Source: Escherichia coli
Lineage (GTDB): Bacteria; Pseudomonadota; Gammaproteobacteria; Enterobacterales; Enterobacteriaceae
NCBI RefSeq assembly: GCF_024502345.1
Contig: NZ_JALDNN010000003.1
Reading direction: 5' to 3' (one strand)
Length of the DNA stretch: 64,000 bases
How positions within the stretch are numbered: position 1 is the stretch's first letter; every line of letters starts with the position of its first letter. Below, in pieces: positions 10,096-19,412 of the stretch. Position numbers and translations under genes: made by a program. The notes under the pieces were generated by a model. It did no database searches. It saw only the letters and a program-made list of their open reading frames with translations, and was not told the DNA's origin.

Positions 10096-10375
10096 CAAGA
10101 CGGTCGGATTGCTGGAAATCCATTACTTTAAGCGGCCGCTGAGCATGGAGTATGCAGCCTGGCTGCGTGTGATGTGTGCCGGTTTGCTATTTATTTTTAT
10201 TCAGATGGTCCCGGCATTCACGTTTCTGTATACCCTGAAGCTGGTGGCACTGTTAAATCTGGGCGTGCAGACGATGAAGCTAAACGGGGTTTATAAATTT
10301 AAACGCACCGGGATGATGCCGCCGAAAGACGCCCCTCATGATCTTGGCCGCTTTAATCCATTTCGAAAGAAGTAA
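10031..10375 (+). CDS. hypothetical small membrane protein (114 aa)
   Basis: ATG at 10031 preceded by GAGGA; two hydrophobic helices; overlaps the 3' end of 9187..10095 in another frame, so one of the two may be mis-called. Confidence 0.3.
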   Translation: MELGIMVCIVLLLSLAAVWISNKTVGLLEIHYFKRPLSMEYAAWLRVMCAGLLFIFIQMVPAFTFLYTLKLVALLNLGVQTMKLNGVYKFKRTGMMPPKDAPHDLGRFNPFRKK

Positions 10376-10521
10376 TCCTCATTAGCGCCCCGAAGGAGTA
10401 TATAGTAAAAACAGTGTCTATTCGCGTGTGAGTGAGTGACAGGGCTTTACATATAACGTCAGCGGCTTTCATTTCAAACGTACATACTGTGTATAATGGT
10501 ATGTACGTTTTTTATTTGCGC

Positions 10522-10739
10522 CGAGTCCTTCGGCGGTACCCGCCCGTGAACTCTGCCGCAAGCATGCCATTTCCGATGCCACGTTTTACACCTGGCGTAA
10601 GAAGTATGGCGGTATGGAGGTGCCTGAAGTTAAGCGCCTGAAGTCGCTTGAGGAAGAGAACGCCAGACTCAAGAAGCTGCTTGCCGAAGCCATGCTGGAT
10701 AAAGAGGCGCTTCAGGTGGCTCTTGGGCGAAAGTACTGA
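10522..10739 (+). pseudogene. IS3-family orfA remnant (5'-truncated, no start codon)
   Basis: In-frame translation matches the IS3-family OrfA C-terminus (FYTWRKKYGGM motif, leucine-zipper-like region); an upstream stop lies immediately before the first in-frame codon. Confidence 0.5.
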
Positions 10740-10762
10740 CGACAGACCAGAAGCGGGAAGCC

Positions 10763-11596
10763 GTGATGTTGATGTGTGATGCGACCGGTCTGTCGCAACG
10801 TCGTGCCTGCAGGCTTACAGGTTTATCCCTGTCGACCTGCCGCTATGAGGCTCACCGTCCGGCTGCTGATGCGCATTTATCAGGGCGCATCACTGAGCTG
10901 GCACTGGAGCGCAGGCGTTTTGGCTACCGTCGTATTTGGCAGTTGCTGCGCCGTGAAGGGCTTCATGTTAATCATAAGCGCGTGTACCGGCTTTATCACC
11001 TCAGTGGCCTGAGCGTAAAACGCAGAAGACGTCGTAAAGGGCTGGCAACAGAACGTCTGCCGCTGCTCCGTCCGGCGGCGCCCAATCTGACCTGGTCGAT
11101 GGATTTCGTCATGGACGCACTTTCCACCGGTCGCAGGATCAAGTGTCTTACCTGCGTCGATGATTTCACAAAGGAATGCCTGACGGTCACTGTTGCCTTT
11201 GGGATTTCAGGCGTTCAGGTCACGCGTATTCTGGACAGCATTGCACTGTTTCGAGGCTATCCGGCGACGATAAGAACTGACCAGGGGCCGGAGTTCACTT
11301 GCCGTGCACTGGATCAATGGGCCTTTGAGCATGGTGTTGAGTTGCGCTTAATCCAGCCGGGCAAGCCAACGCAGAACGGATTTATTGAGAGCTTTAACGG
11401 ACGATTTCGCGATGAATGTTTGAATGAGCACTGGTTCAGCGATATCGTTCATGCCAGGAAAATTATTAATGACTGGCGGCAGGATTATAACGAATGCCGC
11501 CCGCACTCCACGCTGAATTATCAGACACCGTCTGAATTTGCAGCGGGCTGGAGAAAGGGTCATTCTGAGAATGAAGATTCCGACGTTACTAACTGA
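10763..11596 (+). CDS. IS3-family transposase OrfB (DDE integrase-like catalytic domain)
   Basis: 277-aa ORF with motifs TDQGPEFT and [16 protein letters not shown] typical of IS3-family OrfB; frame is -1 relative to the orfA remnant. Confidence 0.7.
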   Translation: MMLMCDATGLSQRRACRLTGLSLSTCRYEAHRPAADAHLSGRITELALERRRFGYRRIWQLLRREGLHVNHKRVYRLYHLSGLSVKRRRRRKGLATERLPLLRPAAPNLTWSMDFVMDALSTGRRIKCLTCVDDFTKECLTVTVAFGISGVQVTRILDSIALFRGYPATIRTDQGPEFTCRALDQWAFEHGVELRLIQPGKPTQNGFIESFNGRFRDECLNEHWFSDIVHARKIINDWRQDYNECRPHSTLNYQTPSEFAAGWRKGHSENEDSDVTN

Positions 11597-11786
11597 GTGT
11601 TGTATCTAATCGTGGGGGCAGGTCACTTGGTCGGTGCCATGACGCGACTATTTTCAGGTGATTGCTGATACAACTCACAACAGGCTTGAGCAATGTCGCT
11701 CTTTGCCGTTTCGTGGAAGTGAATAGCCCCCGTACTTAGTTTTTCAGGCACGATACCTTGATTAATGAGCTTGGAGTATTCAGGAA

Positions 11787-12606
11787 GGCACTGTTGCAAA
11801 GTTAGCGATGAGGCAGCCTTTTGTCTTATTCAAAGGCCTTACATTTCAAAAACTCTGCTTACCAGGCGCATTTCGCCCAGGGGATCACCATAATAAAATG
11901 CTGAGGCCTGGCCTTTGCGTAGTGCACGCATCACCTCAATACCTTTGATGGTGGCGTAAGCCGTCTTCATGGATTTAAATCCCAGCGTGGCGTCGATTAT
12001 CCGTTTCAGTTTGCCATGATCGCATTCAATCACGTTGTTCCGGTACTTAATCTGTCGGTGTTCAACGTCAGACGGGCACCGGCCTTCGCGTTTGAGCAGA
12101 ACAAGCGCGCGACCATAGGCGGGCGCTTTATCCGTGTTGATGAATCGCGGGATCTGCCACTTCTTCACGTTGTTGAGGATTTTACCCAGAAACCGGTATG
12201 CAGCTTTGCTGTTACGACGGGAGGAGAGATAAAAATCGACAGTGCGGCCCCGGCTGTCGACGGCCCGGTACAGATACGCCCAGCGGCCATTGACCTTCAC
12301 GTAGGTTTCATCCATGTGCCACGGGCAAAGATCGGAAGGGTTACGCCAGTACCAGCGCAGCCGTTTTTCCATTTCAGGCGCATAACGCTGAACCCAGCGG
12401 TAAATCGTGGAGTGATCGACATTCACTCCGCGTTCAGCCTGCATCTCCTGCAGCTCACGGTAACTGATGCCGTATTTGCAGTACCAGCGTACGGCCCACA
12501 GAATGATGTCACGCTGAAAATGCCGGCCTTTGAATGGGTTCATGTGCAGCTCCATCAGCAAAAGGGGATGATAAGTTTATCACCACCGACTATTTGCAAC
12601 AGTGCC
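11787..12606 (-). mobile_element. IS26-family insertion sequence, variant allele, inverted relative to the other two copies
   Basis: 820 bp bounded by 14-bp inverted repeats GGCACTGTTGCAAA / TTTGCAACAGTGCC; Tnp differs from the other two copies at three residues (EMQAERG vs EMLAERG; ALVLLK vs ALALLK; IIDATLG vs IIGATLG). Confidence 0.95.
11839..12543 (-). CDS. tnpA: IS26-family transposase Tnp26 (234 aa)
   Basis: MNPFKGRHFQRDIILWAVRWYCKYGISYRELQEM... matches the IS26/IS6-family transposase recalled from memory; start taken at the MNPFKG methionine. Confidence 0.95.
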   Translation of the reverse strand: MNPFKGRHFQRDIILWAVRWYCKYGISYRELQEMQAERGVNVDHSTIYRWVQRYAPEMEKRLRWYWRNPSDLCPWHMDETYVKVNGRWAYLYRAVDSRGRTVDFYLSSRRNSKAAYRFLGKILNNVKKWQIPRFINTDKAPAYGRALVLLKREGRCPSDVEHRQIKYRNNVIECDHGKLKRIIDATLGFKSMKTAYATIKGIEVMRALRKGQASAFYYGDPLGEMRLVSRVFEM

Positions 12607-12807
12607 GTTAATTCTGCTGGCGGTAGTCGTTTGGTTTACCCTGCCAGAGAGGAAAATACGGCAATTGGGCAAACAGCGTGCCACACCTCACTGATTAGGG
12701 TGTGGTTAACACTTCATTAATTAAACAGTCATTACTCTTACTTAACTGTGTGATATACCTATTTAGGGTTTGAAACATTAGAGTTTGAAATAGGTAAGGT
12801 CTGAGCA

Positions 12808-13953
12808 ATGACTGAGCAAACGTCCCCCGCACAACTTGATCTCGATAGCGCGGCTCAGCCCCCCAGAGTTTATATCCGGGGGGACTGGGTGTTGGCGCAT
12901 TACTGCGTTTTGGAGCCGCGCGTTGCGCAATTGCGCGCTAATATGCCCAGTGGGGGGGTATTTGATCTCAACCAACTGGGGGCGTTAGATACCGCCGGTG
13001 CAACGTTGTTAGCTCTGCTTCTGGGTGAGGACCGTGTAGCAAATTTACGCGAACTTGCGCCTAAATTGCCAGAAGAGCGGAGGATATTACTTGAAACGGT
13101 AAGCCATGTATTGCCTGACTTAACCCCTGAGTTGTCTGAAAAACCCACACGGTTTTGGCTTGAGATGCTGGCTAATACCGGCCGTTCGGTAGATAACTTA
13201 TGGCAAGATATTAAGTCACTATTGGGCTTTATTGGTCTGGCGCTGGAAACCTTGCTGGGAACACTTTTTCGCCCCTCCCGCTGGCGCATTACCTCATTAA
13301 TTGCCAATATTCAACAGATTGGCCTCAATGCTGTGCCGATCATTATGTTGCTCACCTTTTTGGTGGGGGCAGTTATCGCCTTTCTCGGTGCAACCGTACT
13401 CACTACTTTCGGCGCGGGCATTTTTACCGTCGATTTGGTGGTATTTTCTTTTCTACGTGAATTTGCGGTACTGCTTACCGCGATCCTGATGGCAGGGCGA
13501 ACAGCCAGTGCTTTTACCGCTGAAATTGGCTTGATGAAAGCCAATGAAGAGATTGATGCTATCCAAACACTGGGCTTGAATCCGGTCGAACTGTTGGTGC
13601 TACCGCGCGTCTTGGCACTATTGATCTCTCTGCCGATGCTAACCTTTATTGGCATGGTTTGCGGTATTTTCGGTGGCATGGTGGTGTGTGCCTTAACACT
13701 GGATATCTCTCCCACTATGTTTTTGTCGATTATGCAAAACAGTAATGGGTTGCAGCATTTTCTGGTGGGAATAAGTAAAGCCCCTATTTTTGCTTTCCTG
13801 ATTGCTATTATTGGCTGTCTGGAGGGGTTCAAAGTAACCGGTAGTGCTGAATCAGTCGGGGTTCATACCACCACCAGTGTGGTGCATTCGATCTTTGTGG
13901 TGATTTTGCTTGATGCCGTGGCAGCGCTATTTTTCATGGAAATGGGGTGGTGA
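12808..13953 (+). CDS. ABC transporter permease, MlaE family, with N-terminal STAS-like domain
   Basis: 381 aa; soluble N-terminal ~110 aa followed by multi-helix permease region (AVPIIMLLTFLVGAVIAFLGATVLTTFGAG...) typical of MlaE/YrbE permeases. Confidence 0.8.
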   Translation: MTEQTSPAQLDLDSAAQPPRVYIRGDWVLAHYCVLEPRVAQLRANMPSGGVFDLNQLGALDTAGATLLALLLGEDRVANLRELAPKLPEERRILLETVSHVLPDLTPELSEKPTRFWLEMLANTGRSVDNLWQDIKSLLGFIGLALETLLGTLFRPSRWRITSLIANIQQIGLNAVPIIMLLTFLVGAVIAFLGATVLTTFGAGIFTVDLVVFSFLREFAVLLTAILMAGRTASAFTAEIGLMKANEEIDAIQTLGLNPVELLVLPRVLALLISLPMLTFIGMVCGIFGGMVVCALTLDISPTMFLSIMQNSNGLQHFLVGISKAPIFAFLIAIIGCLEGFKVTGSAESVGVHTTTSVVHSIFVVILLDAVAALFFMEMGW

Positions 13954-13958
13954 GCCAA

Positions 13959-14750
13959 ATGACGCAAGATGCAATCATTCAAATTCGCGATCTGGTTAAC
14001 TGCTTTGGCGTACAGTGCGTGCATCAAGGGTTGAATCTTGATGTTAAGCGCGGCGAAGTTCTTGGCGTGGTTGGTGGCTCGGGTACCGGTAAATCTGTTC
14101 TGTTACGCAGTATTGTTGGGTTACGTCGTCCGACTGACGGGAAAATTCATGTTTTTGGCAAGGATTTAATGGCACTGTCAGGTCAATCCCGCGCCATGGT
14201 CGAGCGCCGATTCGGCGTATTATTTCAACGAGGCGCACTGTTCAGTTCTCTAACCGTGACCGAGAACGTGGCATTACCATTAATAGAAAACGCCGGATTA
14301 CCCCGGTCTGAGGCTGAGCGATTGGCTCAGGTTAAACTGGCACTGGCTGGGCTACCGCCGGGCACTGGCAGTAAGTATCCAGCATCTCTGTCGGGTGGTA
14401 TGGTCAAGCGTGTTGCGCTAGCCCGTGCCTTAGCACTGGACCCGGATATTCTGTTTCTTGATGAACCGACTGCGGGTCTTGATCCCATTGGTGCGGCGGC
14501 GTTTGACAGTTTGATCCGCACCCTGCGGGATGCCCTCAATCTAACGGTATTCTTGGTGACCCACGATCTGGATACGCTGTATACACTGTGTGATCGTGTG
14601 GCGGTGCTTTCGCAGAAAAAAGTGCTGGTGGTTGATACTCTGGATAAAGTTGCAGCGACTGATGATGGCTGGATTCAGGCGTATTTTCATGGCCCACGTG
14701 GCCGGGCTGCTTATCAGGCAGCGGCAATTAACAGTGGAGAGAGGTTGTAA
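13959..14750 (+). CDS. ABC transporter ATP-binding protein (MlaF-like)
   Basis: Walker A GGSGTGKS, ABC signature LSGGMVKRVALARAL, Walker B ILFLDEPTAGLD; ATG at 13959 follows the permease stop. Confidence 0.85.
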   Translation: MTQDAIIQIRDLVNCFGVQCVHQGLNLDVKRGEVLGVVGGSGTGKSVLLRSIVGLRRPTDGKIHVFGKDLMALSGQSRAMVERRFGVLFQRGALFSSLTVTENVALPLIENAGLPRSEAERLAQVKLALAGLPPGTGSKYPASLSGGMVKRVALARALALDPDILFLDEPTAGLDPIGAAAFDSLIRTLRDALNLTVFLVTHDLDTLYTLCDRVAVLSQKKVLVVDTLDKVAATDDGWIQAYFHGPRGRAAYQAAAINSGERL

Positions 14751-14751
14751 T

Positions 14752-15690
14752 ATGGAAACCCGTGCTCATCATGTCGTTATTGGTTTGTTCACTCTTATTG
14801 TGGTGAGTGCCGCGCTGCTGTTTTGCCTATGGCTGACAAATTCCGGTTCTGATCGCCAGTTCAGATTGTACGATATCGTTTTCAATGAGCCTGTGAGTGG
14901 CCTGTCACAGGGTAGCACCGTTCAGTACAGCGGGATTCGAGTCGGTGAGGTGACGCAATTACGCCTGGACCGAGACAATCCGAATAAGGTTTGGGCACGT
15001 ATTCGCGTTTCTGCATCTACTCCGATACGCGAAGATACCCAAGCTCGTCTCACCGTCGCGGGTATTACCGGCACCTCAAATATTCAATTCAGCAGTGGCA
15101 GCCAGACCAGCCCGTTGCTGGAGGGCAAAGATGACGAGGTTCCTATCATTATTGCTACCCCTTCGCCGATGAGCCAGTTACTGGCTAACGGTGAGAATTT
15201 CATGACCAATGCGAATGAAGTGTTGGTGCGTTTGAACCAGTTGCTGGCACCGGATAACCAGCAGCGCCTAGTAACGACACTGGATAATCTCGCGCTGGTC
15301 ACCCAAACTGTGGCTGATCAACGTGGTGATCTCCGTACCCTGTTGCAGCAGTTGGCGCAGGCCAGTAAACAGGCTAATGAGACACTGACTCAAACCAATC
15401 GCCTGCTGCGTAATGCTAACGGCTTAATGGATGGGCAGGGGAAACAACTGGTCAGTGATGCCGCCAAAACCATGGCATCGTTGCAAAATACCAGTACCAT
15501 CCTCAATAAATTGGTGAGTGAAAATAAAACCTCACTCAATAACGGGATGCAAGGGATGAATGAGCTGGGGCCGGCAGTAGATGAGCTGCGCAGAACATTA
15601 GCGACATTACGTGCCGCCGTTTCTCGTTTGGAAGAAAACCCAGCGGCCTTGTTGCGCGGCCGTGAAAGAACACAGGAGTTTACGCCTTAA
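14752..15690 (+). CDS. MCE-domain (MlaD/PqiB-like) periplasmic substrate-binding protein
   Basis: ATG at 14752 with GGAGAGAGG upstream; N-terminal single TM helix (HHVVIGLFTLIVVSAALLFCLWL) followed by an MCE-like domain and a Q/L-rich coiled-coil tail. Confidence 0.75.
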   Translation: METRAHHVVIGLFTLIVVSAALLFCLWLTNSGSDRQFRLYDIVFNEPVSGLSQGSTVQYSGIRVGEVTQLRLDRDNPNKVWARIRVSASTPIREDTQARLTVAGITGTSNIQFSSGSQTSPLLEGKDDEVPIIIATPSPMSQLLANGENFMTNANEVLVRLNQLLAPDNQQRLVTTLDNLALVTQTVADQRGDLRTLLQQLAQASKQANETLTQTNRLLRNANGLMDGQGKQLVSDAAKTMASLQNTSTILNKLVSENKTSLNNGMQGMNELGPAVDELRRTLATLRAAVSRLEENPAALLRGRERTQEFTP

Positions 15691-16331
15691 TGCTCTCTTT
15701 TAATGTGATGCGCTATGCAGGCCGCCGCGTGTGGCTATTGATGATATCCGGGGGGGCGATACTGCTCTCTGCCTGCACCATTTTACCTTCGGCCCCTGTA
15801 TCACAAGTTTATCTTCTGCCGGTGCCACCTGCAGTCAGTGTGCCACACGCGCAGACAGTAAACTGGTCATTACGGGTTTCACAACCGGCGACGAACCAGT
15901 TTCTTAATAGCTCACGCATAGCGGTGCAGCCTCAGGGCCAGGAGATTGCGGTTTATAAAAACTCCCGTTGGAGTGATTCGGCGCCGATTTTGGTGCGCAA
16001 TCGTCTTATTCAGGCGTTCCGTAGCGATGGGCGAATCCGTGCAGTCAGTAGCGACGATGATAGCTTGCAGGCTGATGTGGAGTTGAGTGGTGATCTGTCC
16101 GCGTTCCAAGGGGTATACCATGTTGGTAGCAGCGAAGTGCTGATCCGTTTTGATGCTCGGCTGGTAAGAATTTCAGATCGTAGGATTATTGCGACTCGCC
16201 AGTTTGACATTCGCCAACCGATAAAAGGTAACGAGATGAACGAGGTGGTTCAGGCCTTTGGCCTGGCCAGTGACCAGTTAGCCACTCAAGTGCTCAACTG
16301 GACGATGCAGCAATCCCCTGCGCAGGGTTGA
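15690..16331 (+). CDS. ABC-transport auxiliary lipoprotein (lipobox LLSAC)
   Basis: Start overlaps the preceding stop (TAATG coupling); signal peptide with lipobox LLSAC; position and size fit the lipoprotein partner of MCE systems. Confidence 0.6.
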   Translation: MLSFNVMRYAGRRVWLLMISGGAILLSACTILPSAPVSQVYLLPVPPAVSVPHAQTVNWSLRVSQPATNQFLNSSRIAVQPQGQEIAVYKNSRWSDSAPILVRNRLIQAFRSDGRIRAVSSDDDSLQADVELSGDLSAFQGVYHVGSSEVLIRFDARLVRISDRRIIATRQFDIRQPIKGNEMNEVVQAFGLASDQLATQVLNWTMQQSPAQG

Positions 16332-16349
16332 TATCTAAACCAGCACCGG

Positions 16350-16395
16350 TTGGTTTTATCTGAGGCGAGTTGGCAGTAGCTAACTCGCCTTTTTT
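16350..16395 (+). terminator. putative intrinsic terminator of the Mla/MCE-like operon
   Basis: Hairpin GGCGAGTT...AACTCGCC followed by TTTTTT shortly after the stop at 16331; coordinates approximate. Confidence 0.5.
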
Positions 16396-16678
16396 ATCGT
16401 CTAGTTTAATGATTCAAGGCGAATAATTGCGTCTAAGGGGAAAATATTCTCTTTATTGTTTTGTGATTAGTATCTCATTGAGTAAGGGATTAATGGTGTT
16501 TGAGTTATCTATTTCATTGTTTTTAATATGTTTTTATTTAAATTGTTCTGTGGTTATCTTTTTTGTTAAAGAGAACAATATTCTCCAAGCATTAAAAACA
16601 ACAAGAAAATAGGAAAAGTATTTCTCCCCGTAAAACCCTAAGATAAAAATAATCCAAATCACTGATTAATTACTTCAA

Positions 16679-17956
16679 ATGCAAAAAATAACACATCAAC
16701 AATTACTCGATTGGTTGAAAAAGGAAGTGAAACTTTCATTAGGTTGTACTGAGCCTATTGCTATTGCGTATGCTGCCGCAGTGGCTGCTAAATATCTCAA
16801 CGCACCGATATTAAAAATAACGGGGAATATATCGGAGAATCTGTATAAAAATGCGATGGGAGTCACTATTCCGGGAACAAGCTATTGCGGAGTCACTCTT
16901 GCGGCGGCAATAGGGGCTATTGGTGGTAACGCGGATGCCGATTTAGAAGTATTAAAAGATATTACTGCGACACAAATTACCGAAGCCTATATATTTAATG
17001 AATCAGGTAACGTGTGTCTAAACGCAGTAGATGCTACGGATTTTATTTTTATCGATATTACGCTATATAGTCTTAGTGATCAGTGCCGGGTAGTGATTCA
17101 AGGTAGCCATACTAATGTCACTGAAGTTTATATTAATAATATAAAGCAAATATTAGTCCGAGACCTAATTGCCGCCAATGATAGTGGGGTACTACCCGAA
17201 TTTTCCCTTAACGACGCATTTAAATTTGTAACCGATGTCGCCGCTAAAGACATCATGTTTATGCTGAAAAGTGCTGAGATTAATACCGCGCTTTCTGACG
17301 AGGGGCAAAGGAAGAACTATGGTTTGAACGTGAGTGGCGCGTTGTCGCAAGCCAGAAAAAATGGCTTTATCAGCACTGACTTACTGAGTCAAATGTTGAT
17401 CAACACCACTGCGGCATCAGATGCCCGTATGGGCGGCGCACCCTTACCCGCGATGTCAAATTATGGCTCTGGTAATCAGGGGATTACCGTGACAATGCCG
17501 GTAGTGACACTTGCCCGACATCTTAATACAGATGATGAAACACTGGCCCGGGCATTAGCGTTGGCCCATCTAGCCGCAATCTCAATTCATATGCGTTATA
17601 CCCGATTGTCTGCATTGTGTGCGGCGTCAACGGCAGCAATGGGGGCGGCGGCAGGTATGAGTTGGTTATTGACCCAAGATTTTCAAACTATCTCCTACGC
17701 GGTCAGTAATATGATCAGTGATATTAGTGGCATTATTTGCGATGGTGCATCAAATAGTTGTGCCATGAAAGTGTCTACCGCTACCGCCTGTGCATTTAAG
17801 TCGGTGTTGATGGCGCAACAAAATAGTGTTGCAGGGGAGCGTGATGGCATTGTTTCCTGCGATGTTGAAGGTTCTATCAATAATTTATGTAAATTAGTGT
17901 TATCGCCAATGAGGCAAACAGATAAAGAAATTATCAGTATAATGACACGTAAATAA
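16679..17956 (+). CDS. L-cysteine desulfidase CyuA/YhaM-family (serine dehydratase-like) protein
   Basis: 425 aa; N-terminal blocks LSLGCTEPIAIAYAAAVAA and GVTIPGTSYCG match the YhaM/CyuA family recalled from memory; AT-rich gene after a long AT-rich leader. Confidence 0.7.
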   Translation: MQKITHQQLLDWLKKEVKLSLGCTEPIAIAYAAAVAAKYLNAPILKITGNISENLYKNAMGVTIPGTSYCGVTLAAAIGAIGGNADADLEVLKDITATQITEAYIFNESGNVCLNAVDATDFIFIDITLYSLSDQCRVVIQGSHTNVTEVYINNIKQILVRDLIAANDSGVLPEFSLNDAFKFVTDVAAKDIMFMLKSAEINTALSDEGQRKNYGLNVSGALSQARKNGFISTDLLSQMLINTTAASDARMGGAPLPAMSNYGSGNQGITVTMPVVTLARHLNTDDETLARALALAHLAAISIHMRYTRLSALCAASTAAMGAAAGMSWLLTQDFQTISYAVSNMISDISGIICDGASNSCAMKVSTATACAFKSVLMAQQNSVAGERDGIVSCDVEGSINNLCKLVLSPMRQTDKEIISIMTRK

Positions 17957-18037
17957 ATATTACGGTTTAACCGCGTGGCCTAACGTCATTATTAATAATG
18001 ATCGGCGGGCTATCGTTAAAATTTAAAGGGACAAATA

Positions 18038-18557
18038 ATGAGCAAATCAAAATCGATCGCGACTCTGGTTATCCATGCCGGAGATCAAGTTGACCGGGGC
18101 AATAATGCTATTTTTCCACCGATTACTACCGCCAGTTCCTTCATTCAGCCAAATTTAGGCGAAGAAGGGGAGTTTTGTTATTCCCGTTGCAGTAACCCGA
18201 CAAGATATGCATATGAAACCGCCTTGGCTGAGTTGGAAGGAGGTATCTATGCTACGGCAACCGCTTCCGGTATGGCAGCAACTGCACTTATATTGGAATT
18301 GCTACCTAAGGATTCCCATGTATTAGTAATGAAAGGGGTCTATGGCGGTACTTATCGGTTGTTTGAACGTCTGCGTAAACAAACTTCAGGTACGACATTC
18401 AGTTATGTCGATCTTAATGATCTGGCGTCAGTAGAGCGCCATATTCAAGAGAATACAGGTCTAATCTGGATCGAAACGCCCACTAACCCACTGTTGGAAT
18501 TAGTTGATATTGAAGCAGTATGCCAGGTTGCCAAAAGCAGGGGCATAATGAGCTGCG
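18038..18557 (+). pseudogene. PLP-dependent cystathionine beta-lyase/gamma-synthase family gene, 3'-truncated by IS1
   Basis: N-terminal ~173 aa of a MetB/MetC-family enzyme (LVIHAGDQ..., SRCSNPTRYAYETALAELEGG, GLIWIETPTNPLL); the reading frame runs directly into the IS1 left end. Confidence 0.7.
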
Positions 18558-18612
18558 GGTGATGCTGCCAACTTACTGATTTAGTGTATGATGGTGTTTT
18601 TGAGGTGCTCCA

Positions 18613-18888
18613 GTGGCTTCTGTTTCTATCAGCTGTCCCTCCTGTTCAGCTACTGACGGGGTGGTGCGTAACGGCAAAAGCACCGCCGGACATCAGCGCT
18701 ATCTCTGCTCTCACTGCCGTAAAACATGGCAACTGCAGTTCACTTACACCGCTTCTCAACCCGGTACGCACCAGAAAATCATTGATATGGCCATGAATGG
18801 CGTTGGATGCCGGGCAACCGCCCGCATTATGGGCGTTGGCCTCAACACGATTTTCCGCCATTTAAAAAACTCAGGCCGCAGTCGGTAA
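18613..18888 (+). CDS. insA: IS1 InsA
   Basis: [43 protein letters not shown]... matches IS1 InsA. Confidence 0.9.
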   Translation: MASVSISCPSCSATDGVVRNGKSTAGHQRYLCSHCRKTWQLQFTYTASQPGTHQKIIDMAMNGVGCRATARIMGVGLNTIFRHLKNSGRSR

Positions 18889-19310
18889 CCTCGCGCATAC
18901 AGCCGGGCAGTGACGTCATCGTCTGCGCGGAAATGGACGAACAGTGGGGATACGTCGGGGCTAAATCGCGCCAGCGCTGGCTGTTTTACGCGTATGACAG
19001 GCTCCGGAAGACGGTTGTGGCGCACGTATTCGGTGAACGCACTCTGGCCACACTGGAGCGTCTTCTGAGCCTGCTGTCGGCCTTTGAGGTCGTGGTATGG
19101 ATGACGGATGGCTGGCCGCTGTATGAATCCCGCCTGAAGGGAAAGCTGCACGTTATCAGCAAGCGTTACACTCAGCGCATTGAGCGACATAACCTGAATC
19201 TGAGACAACATCTGGCAAGGCTGGGACGGAAGTCACTGTCGTTCTCAAAATCGGTGGAGCTGCATGACAAGGTCATCGGGCATTATCTGAACATAAAACA
19301 CTATCATTAA
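18807..19310 (+). CDS. insB: IS1 InsB reading frame (expressed as InsAB' by -1 frameshift)
   Basis: Frame encodes ...[28 protein letters not shown]... characteristic of IS1 InsB. Confidence 0.85.
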   Translation: MPGNRPHYGRWPQHDFPPFKKLRPQSVTSRIQPGSDVIVCAEMDEQWGYVGAKSRQRWLFYAYDRLRKTVVAHVFGERTLATLERLLSLLSAFEVVVWMTDGWPLYESRLKGKLHVISKRYTQRIERHNLNLRQHLARLGRKSLSFSKSVELHDKVIGHYLNIKHYH

Positions 19311-19412
19311 GTTGGAGTCATTACCAGAGTTTATTGTCAAATAAAAAGGCAGATTTCTCTGCCTTAATACACAATATACATAGTTCAAGGTACTATATAT
19401 AACGCAGGGGCG

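Larger units (their letters stand above)
10520..11640 (+). mobile_element. IS3-family insertion sequence, 5'-truncated (IS407-group-like)
   Basis: OrfA C-terminal remnant ...ISDATFYTWRKKYGGMEVPEVKRLKSLEEENARLKKLL... has no start codon and begins at an abrupt AT-rich to GC-rich junction near 10520; downstream DDE OrfB in the -1 frame; ends approximate. Confidence 0.55.
18558..19325 (+). mobile_element. IS1 insertion sequence
   Basis: Starts GGTGATGCTGCCAACTTACTGAT and ends ...AAGTTGGAGTCATTACC; contains insA and insB; boundaries anchored to insA position; the 9 bp on either side differ, so no target-site duplication. Confidence 0.9.

Noticed and set aside
12016-12720. 234-aa plus-strand ORF, with equivalents at 47488..48159 and 53578..54333 on the minus strand
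   Set aside because: These are the well-known antisense open frames inside IS26 opposite tnpA; they recur with every IS26 copy and are not independent genes.
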